Shown here: one piece after another, positions 15,375 to 28,930 of the stretch
How positions within the stretch are numbered: the stretch's first letter is position 1
Layout: every line of letters starts with the position of its first letter
Assembly (NCBI RefSeq): GCF_006345805.1
Contig: NC_042998.1
Location: 200,942,001 to 201,006,000 of the forward strand
Reading direction: 5' to 3'
DNA length: 64,000 bases
DNA from: Octopus sinensis
Lineage: Eukaryota
Translations under genes and position numbers: made by a program
The notes under the pieces: model-generated
Seen by the model: the letters and a program-made list of their open reading frames with translations, nothing else
The model's database searches: none
Told to the model about the DNA's origin: nothing

Positions 15375-15639
15375 CCTTTGATAAATTAAGTAATACACAA
15401 TTTATGTATACTTAATTTATGTATACTTTGATAAATTAAGTAGTAGTTCCGCACCGGGGTCGATGTAATCGACTGCCCCCCCCCAAAAAAAAAAAAATTC
15501 CAGGCTTCGTGCCTATAGTAGAAAGGTTTATTTTAGCATTCCTTCTTTCGAGATGTTTTACTATTTGGTGGAAAACATTTAAATAATTATACGCTATGAT
15601 GAAAAAATTCAACGGTTTTGTATTATATTTATCGTATTT

Positions 15640-16310
15640 TTCATATCCAGTCCATGCTGTATAAAATGAGTCATCTCGCAAGCAGTGCCGAACACATTTT
15701 TTCACCCTGGCATCGACCGGATACCCTGAGACATTCAGAGAAGGCCGATATAAGTGAAGACATAAGGTTCTTGCAGAAATTGCCAAGTGGATTGATCAGA
15801 AAAGGCTGAAGGCTAATAAACAACAACCACCTACCAGCAAAGCGTGTTAAATTCCTATAGGAAGGTGATAAAGCTCTCGAGGCAAACGCAATGATAGGAA
15901 TTCCGTTTTCTAACCTGCATTTTTCCTCATACAGGATCATACAAATGAACCTGAATGGCAGACTTGTCTTACCAGAGAAGAATGTAGCAATGCCACTCCG
16001 ATCAGAAATGTCTCTTCTCTCCAGAAATACGGAAACAATTATCGTGGTCGAACTCACAGTGATCTGCACGGACAGACTTCATATTTCCATCAGGGAAACA
16101 AATTGACATATCAGGACTTAGTTCACAAGACCCTTGTTAAAGGCTAGCACGTCGCCTCTTGAGTGAAGTCGGCTGTCTCAGCTCTCCATCTAGACCATTG
16201 CGCTATTTTCGGCAGAATATATTACTGGAACATAGACAACTGACGGAAAGTCCTCAAGGAAATAGTAGCTAAAACTAGCTCAAGTGGGCTATGGTTAAGA
16301 AGAGATAGCA
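15640..16310 (+). mobile_element. HERO-like (R2-group, restriction-like endonuclease) non-LTR retrotransposon, decayed C-terminus
   Basis: Across frames: EHIFS.. GRYK*RH.KVLAEIAKWID; LRSEMSLLSRNTETIIVVELTV (RPD..ELTV motif); KLTYQDLV; EVGC; KVLKEI..SSSGLWLRR. Confidence 0.7.
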
Positions 16311-17710
16311 AGGTAAAGATTAGCTCAATCCTCACCATAGGCTAACAGACAAAACACTTGAGACATTTGAAGACGATACGAAAGTATTTCCAGCATTGCA
16401 GTACATTTAGAAGTGCTTACAGCACCCCTCAGTAGCTCCTGCAATTTCTGTGAGCGGCTAGATATCTCTGATGTTTATTTCACCTCTCTTGTCAATGTTT
16501 TTTCGTGTATATATGTATAATTAAACACAATTCAGAACATTTGAGTTCCCAGCCTTATATGTACATCATATGTAATTTGTCGCCTATAATTTGTTTAAAA
16601 ATGTACCGCATATTTGATGTATGCGCGTCAGAATATTTGCGGTTATATTTAAAGGTCAAAGAGAGTTTCGTCTTCTCTTTTGACGGAATTGTAGAATTAG
16701 TTACTTGATATGTTTTAGTTAATAACAATATAATATTTGTCTGGAACTTCATACATTAATTGGAGACAAGTAGGTTCGTTTAGAGCAGACTCGCCTTCCA
16801 TAAGTAACAGTTTACAAGCATTTGAATTATCGAAGTTGGAGCGATTGCTACATGTTGTCTATCACGTTAAATATCTTCTACATGAAGATATTTTTATGCG
16901 TCTCATATGATAAAGTTGTATTCTCTATATTTGTGATTGGATTGCATGTTTGTGTTTATCTATCTGTCTTTATTGATATCGTCAATAACCGATATAAACA
17001 TCAACGTGAAAACAAATAAAAAAAGGATGTTTTACAAATTAATCTTTCCTTGTTATTAGTTCTAAGTCGAGTTTCAGACATTTTCTCACTTTCAGCATCA
17101 GACTTTTGTTTAACCAGTGACAAGTCCGTTAATTGCTTGTAAGTACTGACGCTCTCCTACGCAATATTGATATAATATAGATAGCTGATAAATCAACATT
17201 GTAAGAGCTGAGGTTTCATAGTGATTCATGCTACCTTTGATCACTTTGTAAAATATTACATACATAAACTCAATCAACATTTGTGAAAGTAAATTTTCAA
17301 CTGAAAAATATCACTGAAATCGTTCTCTTACACTCAGTCTACATTTTCTATCCAGCGGATATTGGAGTAAACCATAAAATTGTTTTCATCAATTTGGTAA
17401 TGGATGTAACATAATTGAATTTTTTTTCCTCATCTATACATGATTTTTCCTGTGAGGAATTTAGGATATAAGAAACTTGTTGCAACTTATTTATACTTTA
17501 TCTCAGAATTAGACGAAATATTTCCGGCTTGCAGCAGTTGAAGTTGCCTCTGAAAATATATTCGGTACATAAATTCTCTAGTAGACTCATGCATAAATAT
17601 TCGTTTATACACAAACACATGCACACACACATACATGCACACACACATACATGCACACACTTACACACACGTACATACATGAATAAATAGCATAAAAGTA
17701 ACAAGGATGC

Positions 17711-17803
17711 TTTTTATTCACCAAACTTCGAGCTTTGCTGACATTACCAGACTGACTTGGTGCCTCAACTTAAGTACCTAATTCAACTGAATCTCAATTA
17801 TTT
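17711..17803 (+). repeat. Fragment homologous to the tail at 62439-62530
   Basis: tttttattcacc..acttcgagc...gactga.ttggtgc.tcaact...gtacctaattcaa.tgaatctcaattattt is shared. Both copies end at a (TA)n tract. Confidence 0.75.
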
Positions 17804-18649
17804 CATGCATGCATATATATATATATATATATATAATATTATATATATATAATTATATATATGTATGTATATGTGTGTGTGTGTGTGTGAGTGGTGTGTG
17901 TGCATGTATGCATATAGGCACCTGTAAAAATAATAGGCCACTACTGAACAACACAAACACCAACACATTAGTATGTACGTGCACATGCATGTATGTATAC
18001 GTACACTATATATATATATATATATATATCTATATATATTATATATATATATAAATGGATCAATAGATAGATATTAGCGTGTGTACATGCCTGTGCTTTT
18101 TGTATCCATTCTCATAGTAATCAAATTTACTGCGAAAATCAAGGCTCCAAGATCTCATCGTTGTTTGATTCTAAAACGGTTTTGTGCACAATCCATTAAT
18201 AATACATGATTATAGTCGATTCACGAAGCTTTTCGTTAGACTGAGTGATGCAAATCATATACGGAAGCGTTCTGCATGGAACACAAACTCGAGTGTTTGT
18301 GAATAAAAAATTAATGAAGTAAGCCCTGTAATTTCATTTAATTAAAATTGCTTTTACAACAAGGAGAGAAAAATTTTGCGAGTGAAGTCGATCTAATATG
18401 AAATATTCAAAAAGGTGACAGGTCCAAATTTTTTAATTGACAGGTTTGTTTGTGATGCGCAATAGAGTTGCGGGAATGGATGTAAAACTCCTGTTGAGAA
18501 CTGTCAAAATGTGTGGAGTTATGTTTTCAAAATGTTTATTTAGGGAAATTTTAAATGAGTTTATACAGTTTGTATCGTGTGCATAGTAATACATAATACA
18601 TGCATGTATACATACATACTTGCGTATATATGCATGCATGCTTACATGC

Positions 18650-18682
<33 letters not shown>

Positions 18683-18707
18683 ATATATATATGCATACAT
18701 GCTTACA

Positions 18708-18746
<39 letters not shown>

Positions 18747-19140
18747 TATATATACTTGATTGTATATAAACACACACTTTCACAAGACAAAATCAGGCAC
18801 CTGTTTGTGTACGTATGTGTGTTTGTGTGTGCGTACACAAGGAAATAAAGTGTAGAGTCAATAGTGAAAGTAAGGAAATTGTGTGTATATGGTTTTATGG
18901 CTGTGTTTTGATAAATGCTACTTTTGGTTGATTTGGATGGTATATGTACACTTTGATTATTTCGTTTTAGTATAAACTCTGCAATCACATTTTTTAGCTC
19001 TTTATTTTGTGGACGGTGTCTGCTGATTGGTTTTCATATTTCGCTGATTATCCGTCTTATACAAAAGCAGATTTACTTATGACTCAAATAAAATCTGTCA
19101 AGAAATTGTTAAAATTTTATAATCAATAGAAATTGTTATA

Positions 19141-19480
19141 GGCGCAGAAGTGGCTGCATGGTAAGTAGCTTGCTTACTAACCACATGGTTCCGGGTTCAG
19201 TCCCCGGATTGAAAGAGACCTTGTGAGCGGATTTGTTAGGCGGAAACTGAAAGAAGCCCGACTTATATATGTGTATATATGTATATGTTTGTGTGTCTGT
19301 GTTTGAACCCCCACCATCGCTTGACAACCGATGTTGATATGTTTACGTCTCCCTAACTTAGCGCTTCGGTAAATGAGATCCATACAATAAGTGCTAAGCT
19401 TACAAAGAAAAAGTCCCGAGGTCGATTTGTTCGACTAAAGGCGGGACACCAGCATGGTCGCAGTGAAATGACCGAAATAA
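19141..19480 (+). mobile_element. SINE family A, internally deleted
   Basis: Head ggcgcagaagtggctgcatggtaag...ggttcagtccc plus the family A body and tail. Confidence 0.85.
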
Positions 19481-21302
19481 TTTTTTAAAAAGGAGAATAT
19501 ATTTTCCCACAGCAAACTAAATCACTGATAAAAGTCACCTGTAATATAAATATATCGTAAAAACATTATGCATAAATATTAGCATTAATTGATTGCCCGC
19601 TTTCATATAGTTCATTACTGACTACTATTGTAAATGAATATTTATGATGTTATTGTACAAAGAATTATGTAACATTGCTGACTCCCATTGCACAAGAGTC
19701 CTAGCGAGTTTTCTTTTTCCATTTAGCAATAATTTGTTGAATGACCACTTTGATTTAATATAGGCCATTCCAAAATATATTATTCTACCTGTATTGGAGA
19801 AGAAACCGAAACGTGTGTGCGATATTCGCTATAATAATTGCTTCGTGTTTGTCTCCTGACAGATATCGAAGTATTATCAAGAACAAAAATCTTAGAACAA
19901 TAGGCAGTGTATTGTTTATATTAAATACAACTACATACGTTTTGAATGACAATGCATGTAAAAGAAATATTATTCAGAGCAGATGCAGAAGAACTGAAAT
20001 TTACAGTCAAAGTATATATTAGGCTAACAAATCAACATTCGAACCTACATATATTTACTTAGGTACAGTAAAAGGTCTTAGTCCTATGAAAATATCTTTG
20101 GTGCCTGAAACAGCGGATAAGTGAAATTCCCTGTAAAGTACGCTTACAACTAAGTCAGAGTAACCAGTGCCACAAATCTGTCACTAAGAAGCATGAAACC
20201 GATTTTTTTTTTATAACAGGTTATAATTACTTTATTTACGCACACATGTATATAAATGTAAGTATGAAGCCTTCAAAGTTATTTGTACAATAGAATTTAT
20301 AATCACAAGCTAGTCAACTCACAAAACTTTGAGAGAAGAGACATGGTGCCACTAATTTCGACCGTTAAACATCAAGGAAAGTAAGTACAATAGATTTCAT
20401 TACTTAAAATATACATCAATTTAATTTGCTGAGCAAAGATCACTAAGGTATATGCAGGGAACATTTTTTTTTTACCAAACCAAGGAAATGTCATTATTTA
20501 ATTGAAAAATACGGCATATTACATAAAACTCATGCATTGAATATTTGTAGTCACGACACTATCTTGAATACAAGCTCATTTTTCCGTAGATATAAAAATG
20601 CTCTTTTGATTTTTTGAATTTATCATGAAAATTCGAGTATTGTTAAATGGTACCAGTCGAATAAATATCATTATACTCCGCAAAATTTATCAAAAACATT
20701 TTCTTCTGTTCGTCATGAACAACATCTGAACACGCACAGACAGAAACACACACAGGGACACGTTGACGTATATAAATAGGTAGAGAGAAACGAGAGTGAC
20801 AGATAAAATGAGCGAAATGTAAGAAGGCAACGATAGTGTGTGAGACGGTTGTGTTTACAGGTTCATTATTGATGAAAACTGAAAGAGAACTAATCTTCCT
20901 TGCAACACAACTAAATACGCATAGTTTAATTTTATACGTGGAAAGAAGAGAAAATGAAAGAAGTACGGTACTTTGAAGAAAATTATATCTTTTTCAATTC
21001 TTTATAACCTTTCTTTCACAAAAGTTCTCTGTTTTCAGTAAACTAAGCCCACTAAAAAGTTTAGTATTCAAATCACGATTTTATGCGCGACATTATAGGT
21101 TGCGGGTTAAAAAAGTAAAATAAATCATTACATAATATTATAATGAAATGAAAATTATCATAAAGAAACATATAAAGAACTTTGCGTTGGCTTTTGTGAT
21201 TTGTTGAACAAATCTAAGAAATATATAAGCAATCGAAAATCATTTTAATAGCGTATGTGCATGCATTTATATATGCAACAATATATATATATATATATAT
21301 AG

Positions 21303-21376
<74 letters not shown>

Positions 21377-21600
21377 CATATATATATATATATTATGTAT
21401 ATATAGGTGCATTTATATATATGTGAATATAAACGTAACCATAGGTTTATAAACCTGTGTGCACGTACATGTGTATGTGTACATCTACTATATTATATGT
21501 TCAAACAAGACTGCCCTACTACTATCGAGAGATTGTCGAGAAATATTGCAAAGAAAAGTGATCATGAATCACCAGAAAATGAAAAGAAGACAATGACGAA

Positions 21601-21640
<40 letters not shown>

Positions 21641-21779
21641 TTAATAATAATAATAATAATAATAATAATGTTTGTCTGGGGTCCTTGTTGTGACTTGACA
21701 AACAGTAGAAACCCCCAGTAGACACAATATTTTCAATCAGCTGCCTCACGATGTTGTATACTTTGCGACGGCTATAGTA

Positions 21780-21810
<31 letters not shown>

Positions 21811-21981
21811 TAATAATAATATTAATAATAACACACAAGAAAGTATAAAAGTGGAAGTCGACCTCAGCAGAATTTCAACTCACAATAGAAAGACGGACGA
21901 AATGTTGCTAAGTATTTAGACCGGTGTACTAATGTTTCTGCCAGCTCACCGCATAAGCCATAAGCACCACTGCATCAGTGC

Positions 21982-22029
<48 letters not shown>

Positions 22030-22249
22030 TAAACTAGTTCTAAGAATTGGATGTGAATAAGAAGCAAGTTTTATTGATCGAACATACTGCCATAGAAGGT
22101 GAGACGTGTTTATTAGTCTAAAAGAACATGTAGGTGGCAGAGGTGGTCGATGCTGCTGTGAAGATGATGAAGTGTTAAAGCATAAAATCACGCAAACGCA
22201 TACTATTTATGTTATATTTGTGTGTCTGTGTGGGTGTGTGTATGTGTGT

Positions 22250-22870
22250 GCTGTGATACATATGCATCTATGTATGTATGTTTGAATATATATGTACGTT
22301 TGTAAGTATCTATTTAAGCGTACGTGCGATTGTAGATATGTATGTATATGTGTGTCTGTGTGTGTGTTTGTGTGTGTGAGTGTGTGTGCAATGATACAAA
22401 TGTATGTATGTTTGTATGTATATATGCACGTTTGTAAGTGTGTATTTAAGTGTGTGTACTTGTGTGTACATTTGTATGTATGTATGTACGTGCGGTTTTA
22501 GATATGTATGTAAGTGTGTGTCTGTGTGTGTGTTTGTGTAGTGATAGATCTGCATGTATGTATATATGTGTGTACCTATATATGTACGTTTGTACGTATA
22601 TATTTAAGTGTGTGTACTTGTGTGTACATTTGTATGTATGCATGTACGTGCCATTGTAGATATGTATGTAAGTGTGTGTCTGTGTGTGTGTTTGTGTAGT
22701 GATAGATCTGCATGTATGTATGTATGTTTGTATGTATATATGCACGTTTGTAAGTGTGTATTTAAGTGTGTGTACTTGTGTGTACATTTGTATGTATGCA
22801 TGTACGTGCCATTGTAGATATGTATGTAAGTGTGTGTCTGTGTGTGTGTTTGTGCAGTGATACATCTGCA
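22250..22870. repeat. 158-bp-period minisatellite, about 4 copies
   Basis: Near-identical ORF starts at 22450, 22608 and 22766. The unit is built from degenerate TG/TATG motifs. Confidence 0.85.
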
Positions 22871-24045
22871 TGTATGTATGTATTTATGTATGTATTTATG
22901 TATGTATGTATGCATGTATGCATGTATGTATGTATGTATGTATGTATGTATGTATGTATTTATGCATGTATGCATGTATGTATGTATGTATGTATGTATA
23001 TGTATGTATGTATTTATGTATGTATGTATTTATGTATGTATGTATGCATGTATGTATGTATGTATGTATGCATGTATGTATGTATGTATGTATGTATGTA
23101 TGTATGTATGCATGTATGTATGTATGTATGTATGCATGTATGTATGTATGTATGTATGTATGTATGTATGTATGTATGTATGTATGTATGTATGTATGTA
23201 TGTATGCATGTATGTATGTATGTATGTATGTATGTATTTATGTATGTATGTATGTATTCATGTATGTATGTATGCATGTATGTATGTATGTATGTATGTA
23301 TGTATTTATGTATGTATTTATGTATGTATGTATGTATGTATGTATTTATTTATGTATGTATGTATGTATGATGTATGTATGTATTATGTATGTATGTATT
23401 ATGTATGTATGTATGTATATGTATGTATGTATGTATTTATGCATGTATGCATGTATGTATGTAGTATGTATGTATGTATGTATTATGTATGTATGTATAT
23501 GTATGTATGTATTTATGTATGTATGTATGCATGTATGTATGTATGTATGTATGCATGTATGTATGTATGTATGTATGTATGTATGTATGTATCATGTATG
23601 TATGTATGTTGTATGCATGTATGTATGTATGTATGTATGTATGTATGTATGTATGTATGTATGTATGTAGTATGTATGTATGCATGTATGCATGTATGTA
23701 TGTATGTATGTATGTATGTATTTATGTATGTATGTATGTATTCATGTATGTATGTATGCATGTATGTATGTATGTATGTATGTATGTATGTATGTATGTA
23801 TGTATTTATGTATGTATGTATGCATGTATGTATGTATTTATGTATGTATGTATGTATGTATGTATGTATTTATGTATGTATGTATGCATGTATGTATGTA
23901 TGTATGTATGTATGTATGTATGTATGCATGTATTTATGTATGTATGTATGTATGTATGTATGTATGTATTTATGTATGTATGTATGTATGTATGTATGTA
24001 TGTATGTATGTATGTATGTATGTATGTATGTATGTATGTACGTAC
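22870..24045. repeat. ~1.2-kb (TATG)n microsatellite with recurring CATG/TTTA variants
   Basis: Read directly. It is the source of the MYVC/HTYI pseudo-ORFs. Confidence 0.95.
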
Positions 24046-24436
24046 GTGCATACGTAGGTATGTATGTGTGAGTGTGTGTGCATGTGTGTGTGTGTGTGTG
24101 TCTGTGTGTGTGGACATTTACACAAACAGACATACTCAAAATTTGTTTTGCTGAAAACCTTGACATATGCATTGTTATATTCTGTCGGGGATGCTTGTGT
24201 AAGTCATGAATTTTAAATTCACTCATGATTTTAGTTTATAAATGACTGTATTCAACAACCTATAGACTATTAGTAGTAGTTGTAGGTCATTATGATTACA
24301 GTATTGCAACTATTAGCTACAGAGTAAAAATATGATAGGCAGTAGTATATTTTAGTATTATATTGCATAGTAAACCATACCATATGATGTTATACTATCT
24401 AACACTATGCCTTACTACACAATGCTATACATACAT

Positions 24437-24467
<31 letters not shown>

Positions 24468-24480
24468 TATATACATATTG

Positions 24481-24512
<32 letters not shown>

Positions 24513-24514
<2 letters not shown>

Positions 24515-24919
24515 CAATAATAAATCTCTGAACGATGTATAGACAGTAACTGCATGACAATGGGAAATATATTTGCCATCTAAATATGGCTAATCACTAA
24601 GGGTGGATGTTACTGTAGCTTTTAGCCCGAGGAGAACATCTTCTCCAGCTGGCTATTGACACACTTTCTGTGCCCTATCAGTATTTGCAAAGGGACGTCA
24701 TCCTTCCCTCGTCAACCTAAGTGATACGCACGGACTGCAGTTTCTAGGTATTGACCCGTCATCAGCGCACGACAACGACCGGTTTTGGATGGAAGGGTTC
24801 CAATGCAAATACATATATCCTTTTTCCAGTGACTTTCCGTCACTGATCTGGAAAAAGTGTAAACAAGCAATAATAAATCTCTGAACGAGGTATAGACAAT
24901 AACTGCACGACAACGTGAA

Positions 24920-24920
<1 letters not shown>
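24513..24920 (-). mobile_element. Retrozyme/PLE-pLTR-like element: 353-bp unit with ~48-bp terminal direct repeat, in (TA)n
   Basis: agcaataataaatctctgaacgaNgtatagacaNtaactgcaYgacaa occurs at 24513 and 24866. There is (TA)n on both flanks and an internal HHR. Confidence 0.8.
24727..24771 (-). ncRNA. Minimal type I hammerhead ribozyme
   Basis: cgtgcg-CTGATGA-c-gggt(caat)acct-a-GAAA-ctgcag-TC-cgtgcg. Stem I is 6 bp with two G-U pairs, stem III is palindromic (actgcagt), the triplet is GUC, and there is a C-A mismatch closing stem II. Confidence 0.7.
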
Positions 24921-24957
<37 letters not shown>

Positions 24958-25797
24958 TCACATAGGGACAAAGATGGAAACGAATAGCATTCTTTTAACC
25001 ATACATCCATTATTCACCTATGTCAAATTCCTTAACAATTTACGATAAAATACTGCACTCATCGTCGGTAATGAAAGCCGAACACCCGGGTGACTCATTA
25101 CGGATGATAATTGCTGCAAAGTGTAATTCTTAACAACACAGTCAGGACCACTATTATATTAGAAAACATGATTGTATGGCATGCAGAGCAATACGTTTAG
25201 CAACTTAGTCGCAGATATACAGGGAAATTGAACATCTATTGTATATACTACTATAAAAATAATAAAACGGTAAGTTAATTGTTTATGTGGCCTTTAAAGA
25301 TCTATGCGAAATTTTTAGAATATGACATAACTATAAAATTATAGAAATATAGATATACAATTTAAGTTCTGAAATCAAATCGCTCACAAGGTGACATTGC
25401 CTTCAGTGTGAAAAGAAAATGTTCTGCTGCGATACCGAATTGCATTATTTGAATACATTCCACCCAGTCAAGTATTGGGATTGTTATAATAGACTAGCTC
25501 TCTCTCTGTCTCTGTCTCTCTCTCTCTCTCTATCTCTCTCTTGCTACAATTACTAGTTTTGTACCAACATTAGAATAGCATTTTCTTATTACAGTTTCTG
25601 TTATTGGTAGTGGTGGTGTTCCTGTTGTTTTTGGTCTTCTTCATGTTGTTCTTATCCCTGTAGCGCAATTAGGAATCCGTCTCGTTTATGTATTGTTTGG
25701 TTTATGTTCATATAAAATCCGCTTTCTTTATTAAATTGCATATTTTTCTTGTACATATTTATCAAAGCAAATTTCTTCTTCTTTCGTTTTGTAACAG

Positions 25798-25874
25798 AAG
25801 AACACTATGGACTAAACAGTGCAGGAGCATACACGAGGACGGAAAGTCTCGCTAAAGAGGCCGCAGATGTGTGA
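25798..25874 (+). CDS. Candidate terminal coding exon (…EHYGLNSAGAYTRTESLAKEAADV*), product unknown
   Basis: A strong pyrimidine tract plus acceptor (ttcttcttctttcgttttgtaacag) precedes an open, GC-richer frame ending at TGA 25872-25874, with aataaa about 45 nt later. No partner exon or homology was recognised. Confidence 0.35.
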
Positions 25875-26530
25875 CGAAAGATTTCTGGGCAATGGACATG
25901 AGTTAAAATAAGAACAGTAATAAAGGAATGAGGAAAAAAATTTACTGTCCCAAAATAGAATATCTGCTTCAACACACGATTTGAAATTAGGAATATTGCA
26001 ACACAAATTCATAAACGTATAATTTTTTAACAATTAAGAAAAAAAAATTAAATGATGTCAAAGAAGATGAGCTAGACAGTCGATCTCTTATGCAAGGACA
26101 CGGCTCCTGGAAAATCATTAAGTCACTCTCGGTGTATGAAGCCTACATAGACGAAGGTAGCATATTGAAGAGGGACTTAAAGTGGTTGCAACTAATACTG
26201 TGTCACTCTGAAATGGGCAATGAAATTAAAATCAGAATTGAGAGTGAAATATCGAGTAAATTAGTGAGTTGATTAAGAAAGGCACACAACAGCGACGATG
26301 AGCCTGTACACAGGAGACGATACGTGAGAGAGGGCACTCGCTTTTAGTTATGAGGGTTATCAAGGTTTTGTGGGACTTTATTGCATGACTCTCAGTATCT
26401 TTCATTCCTATTCAGGAAATTTTAGGTGGAAGATGTATTATTTTTACTATCGTAATTTTATCCAACACTCTCAAAACTCAACAATGTTCAGTCTATTGCC
26501 TATATATACATTGAGCTTTGTAGCTAATAA

Positions 26531-26588
<58 letters not shown>

Positions 26589-27460
26589 TAGTAGTAGTAG
26601 TAGTAGTATAGTAGTAGTAGTAGTAGTAGTAGTAGTAGAAATATTAGAAGCAGCAGCAGCAGTAGCAGAAGCATCAGTAGTAGTAGTAGTAGTAGTAGTG
26701 GAGGTAGAGGTAGTGAGATGTGGAAGTGGAAATGGGATAATTCAGTAGCTGTTGTAGTAGATATTTTCATAAAAAATATCTTTTGTAGTTCTAGTTTTTT
26801 CGAAAGCGAAAGTGGTGATTTTCAAATAACTTCACTCAACCGTGACAGGGCACACACGTGCTGCTGAAAGGATTATATTAGAAAGAAAAAAAAAAAAAAA
26901 AAATACTTGAAAGCGTCGCATAAAATACCAATAGACTGGACACGGTTAACGTATTGCATTTACCTTTTCCATTGTGTTTCTAAGGAATATTTCATGCACA
27001 GCATATCGATTTATAATATATTTTATGTGGCTGACGAAGAGTATAAAACAAAAATGAATAAATATACGTCGTAAAATACATATGTATTTAGCGTAGATCT
27101 GAATTTAGTTACACGGTCTTTCTCTGTAGCTTGGAGTGAAAATCACACCTATTAGTTTTCTTATTTGTAAATTCGTCCAAACAACAGAGTATAGGAAGCG
27201 TATGTGGTAGTCAATTAGGAAGCAAGCAAATGCGACACTGTTTCAAAACAACGTTGAAAACATTTTATTTTTTACATCGATGATACTAAGAAGAACATGC
27301 ATGGACAATCTCTCGTTTTCCTGTTCGTCTATATAATACTTATAATAAAATTTAAAACTGTATCGTTTCTAGCAGACTCAGCGTTCAAAATCTATACCCC
27401 CATACTTGAATGTTTTTTTACCCATTTTCTATGTATACTATATATTCATTCCAAAAAAAC

Positions 27461-27930
27461 GCGGCGAGCTGGCAGAAAGGTTAGCACGCCGGGCGAAATG
27501 CGTAGCTGTATTTCGTCTGCCGTACGTTCTGAGTTCAAATTCCGCCGAGGTCGACTTTGCTTTTCATCCTTTCGGGGGTCGATAAATAAAGTACCAGTTA
27601 TGCTCTGAGGTAGATGTAATCGACTTAATCCGGTTGTCTGTCCTTGTTTGTCCCCTCTGTGCTTAGCCCCTTCTGGGTAGTAAAGAAATATATATTTAAG
27701 GCGGTGAGCTGGCAGAAACGTTAGCATGCAGGGCGAAATGCGTAGCCGAATTTCGTCTGCCGTTACGATCTGGGTTCATATTCCGCCGAGGTCGACTTTG
27801 CCTTTCATCCTTTCGGGGTCGATAAATTACGTACCAGTTACACACTGGGATCAATGTAATCGACTTAATCCGTTTGTCTGTCCTTGTTTGTCCCCTCTGT
27901 GTTTAGTCCCTTGTGGGTAGTAAAGAAATA
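27461..27930 (+). mobile_element. Two tandem full-length SINE family B copies (27461-27690, 27699-27930)
   Basis: Head gcggYgagctggcagaa with B box gagttcaaattcc, core gtcgactttgcctttcatcctttcggggtcgataaa..gtacc (resembles the Nin/Deu-type SINE core), and tail gggtagtaaagaaata. Confidence 0.9.
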
Positions 27931-28737
27931 TATATTCCACTTACTACTTCCTCTAATGTTGAGACTGAATTTCATATTTCGTGTTTTAAATACGAATGGA
28001 AGGGAATTTCCCATGAACTTTGAATGGTAATCGAAGCTGATGACTAGAATGTCAGGTGAGAAATGTGTGCACATAGATTCATAAAATAAATGTCAAAACG
28101 GTGAAATATTTAGTTGTTCCCAAACCAGAGATCTGGTCTGAATAATTTAAATGTAGTTCGACCTTTTAAAGGTGCCAAGAAGATTATATTATTATTAATA
28201 TTCCCACCAACAAACTGGGTCTATTATTCTACAACTGATACATTTCGACAGTGAAAAGCGAATTTGCTTCTAGACTTAATTATAGCCCAAGACTTCTGTC
28301 CTCAACGCATAAATTTACGAGTATGCATAATAAAAGACCCCCTACAGTATTTACATCATTGAAAAAAGTTTATCAGCCCAAGAGCTAGGGAATGCTCATT
28401 ACGAAGTAGTGCTCTTATATGTGAAAAAATAGTTCGGGTCATACCATAGATTTACTCCACAAAGGGACATGGGAAACAAAGAATTTCGCCAAAATTTAAA
28501 GATATAGATCACATTTCAGTAATTGTAGCATAGCATCAAATCTTCCCTGGATAACAAGATATTTTAATACAAGAAATTAATAGTGCATTTCATGTTATGA
28601 TAAATAAGTAGCATTTTACAAATTATTGTTCATTGACTACTCTTTTATGATGCAATTATCGGACATGTACAAAGATCAAGTGTATCTTGAATTGTCACAT
28701 GTGTGTGTGTGTGTACAGATATGTGTGTGTATATATA

Positions 28738-28930
28738 AAGGGAAAGTTTACGAAAATAGACAAAGAAGAAGACAGGTGGTGTAAAAAACAAACAGATGTA
28801 TTAGTATAGCGCTCAGGAATAGGAAAAGTATTTTACGTTTCGAGCCTACGCTCTTCTACTGAAAAGTACACAGAAAAATCAAGGAGAGAAACAAGGAGAG
28901 AAAAAAATGCATGTAGTGGCTGACGATCTG
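28738..28930 (-). mobile_element. ~190-bp repeat family C with minimal HHR-like core
   Basis: Minus strand cttttcagtagaagagcgtaggctcgaaacgtaaaa. Homologous to 42880-43062 and 44130-44315. Confidence 0.75.

Noticed and set aside
15671-16069. Minus-strand PIIAFASRALSP resembling a Ty3/gypsy RNase H motif
   Set aside because: No other RNase H/RT motifs are present, and the plus strand carries a coherent series of HERO-like motifs. Treated as a chance antisense match.
19863-19903. Alternative terminal exon after ttgtctcctgacag
   Set aside because: The acceptor is plausible but the peptide is very short and uninformative, with no independent support.
22766-24154. Long ORFs of 201-413 aa (MYVC repeats)
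   Set aside because: They are stop-free translations of (TATG)n and carry no protein information.
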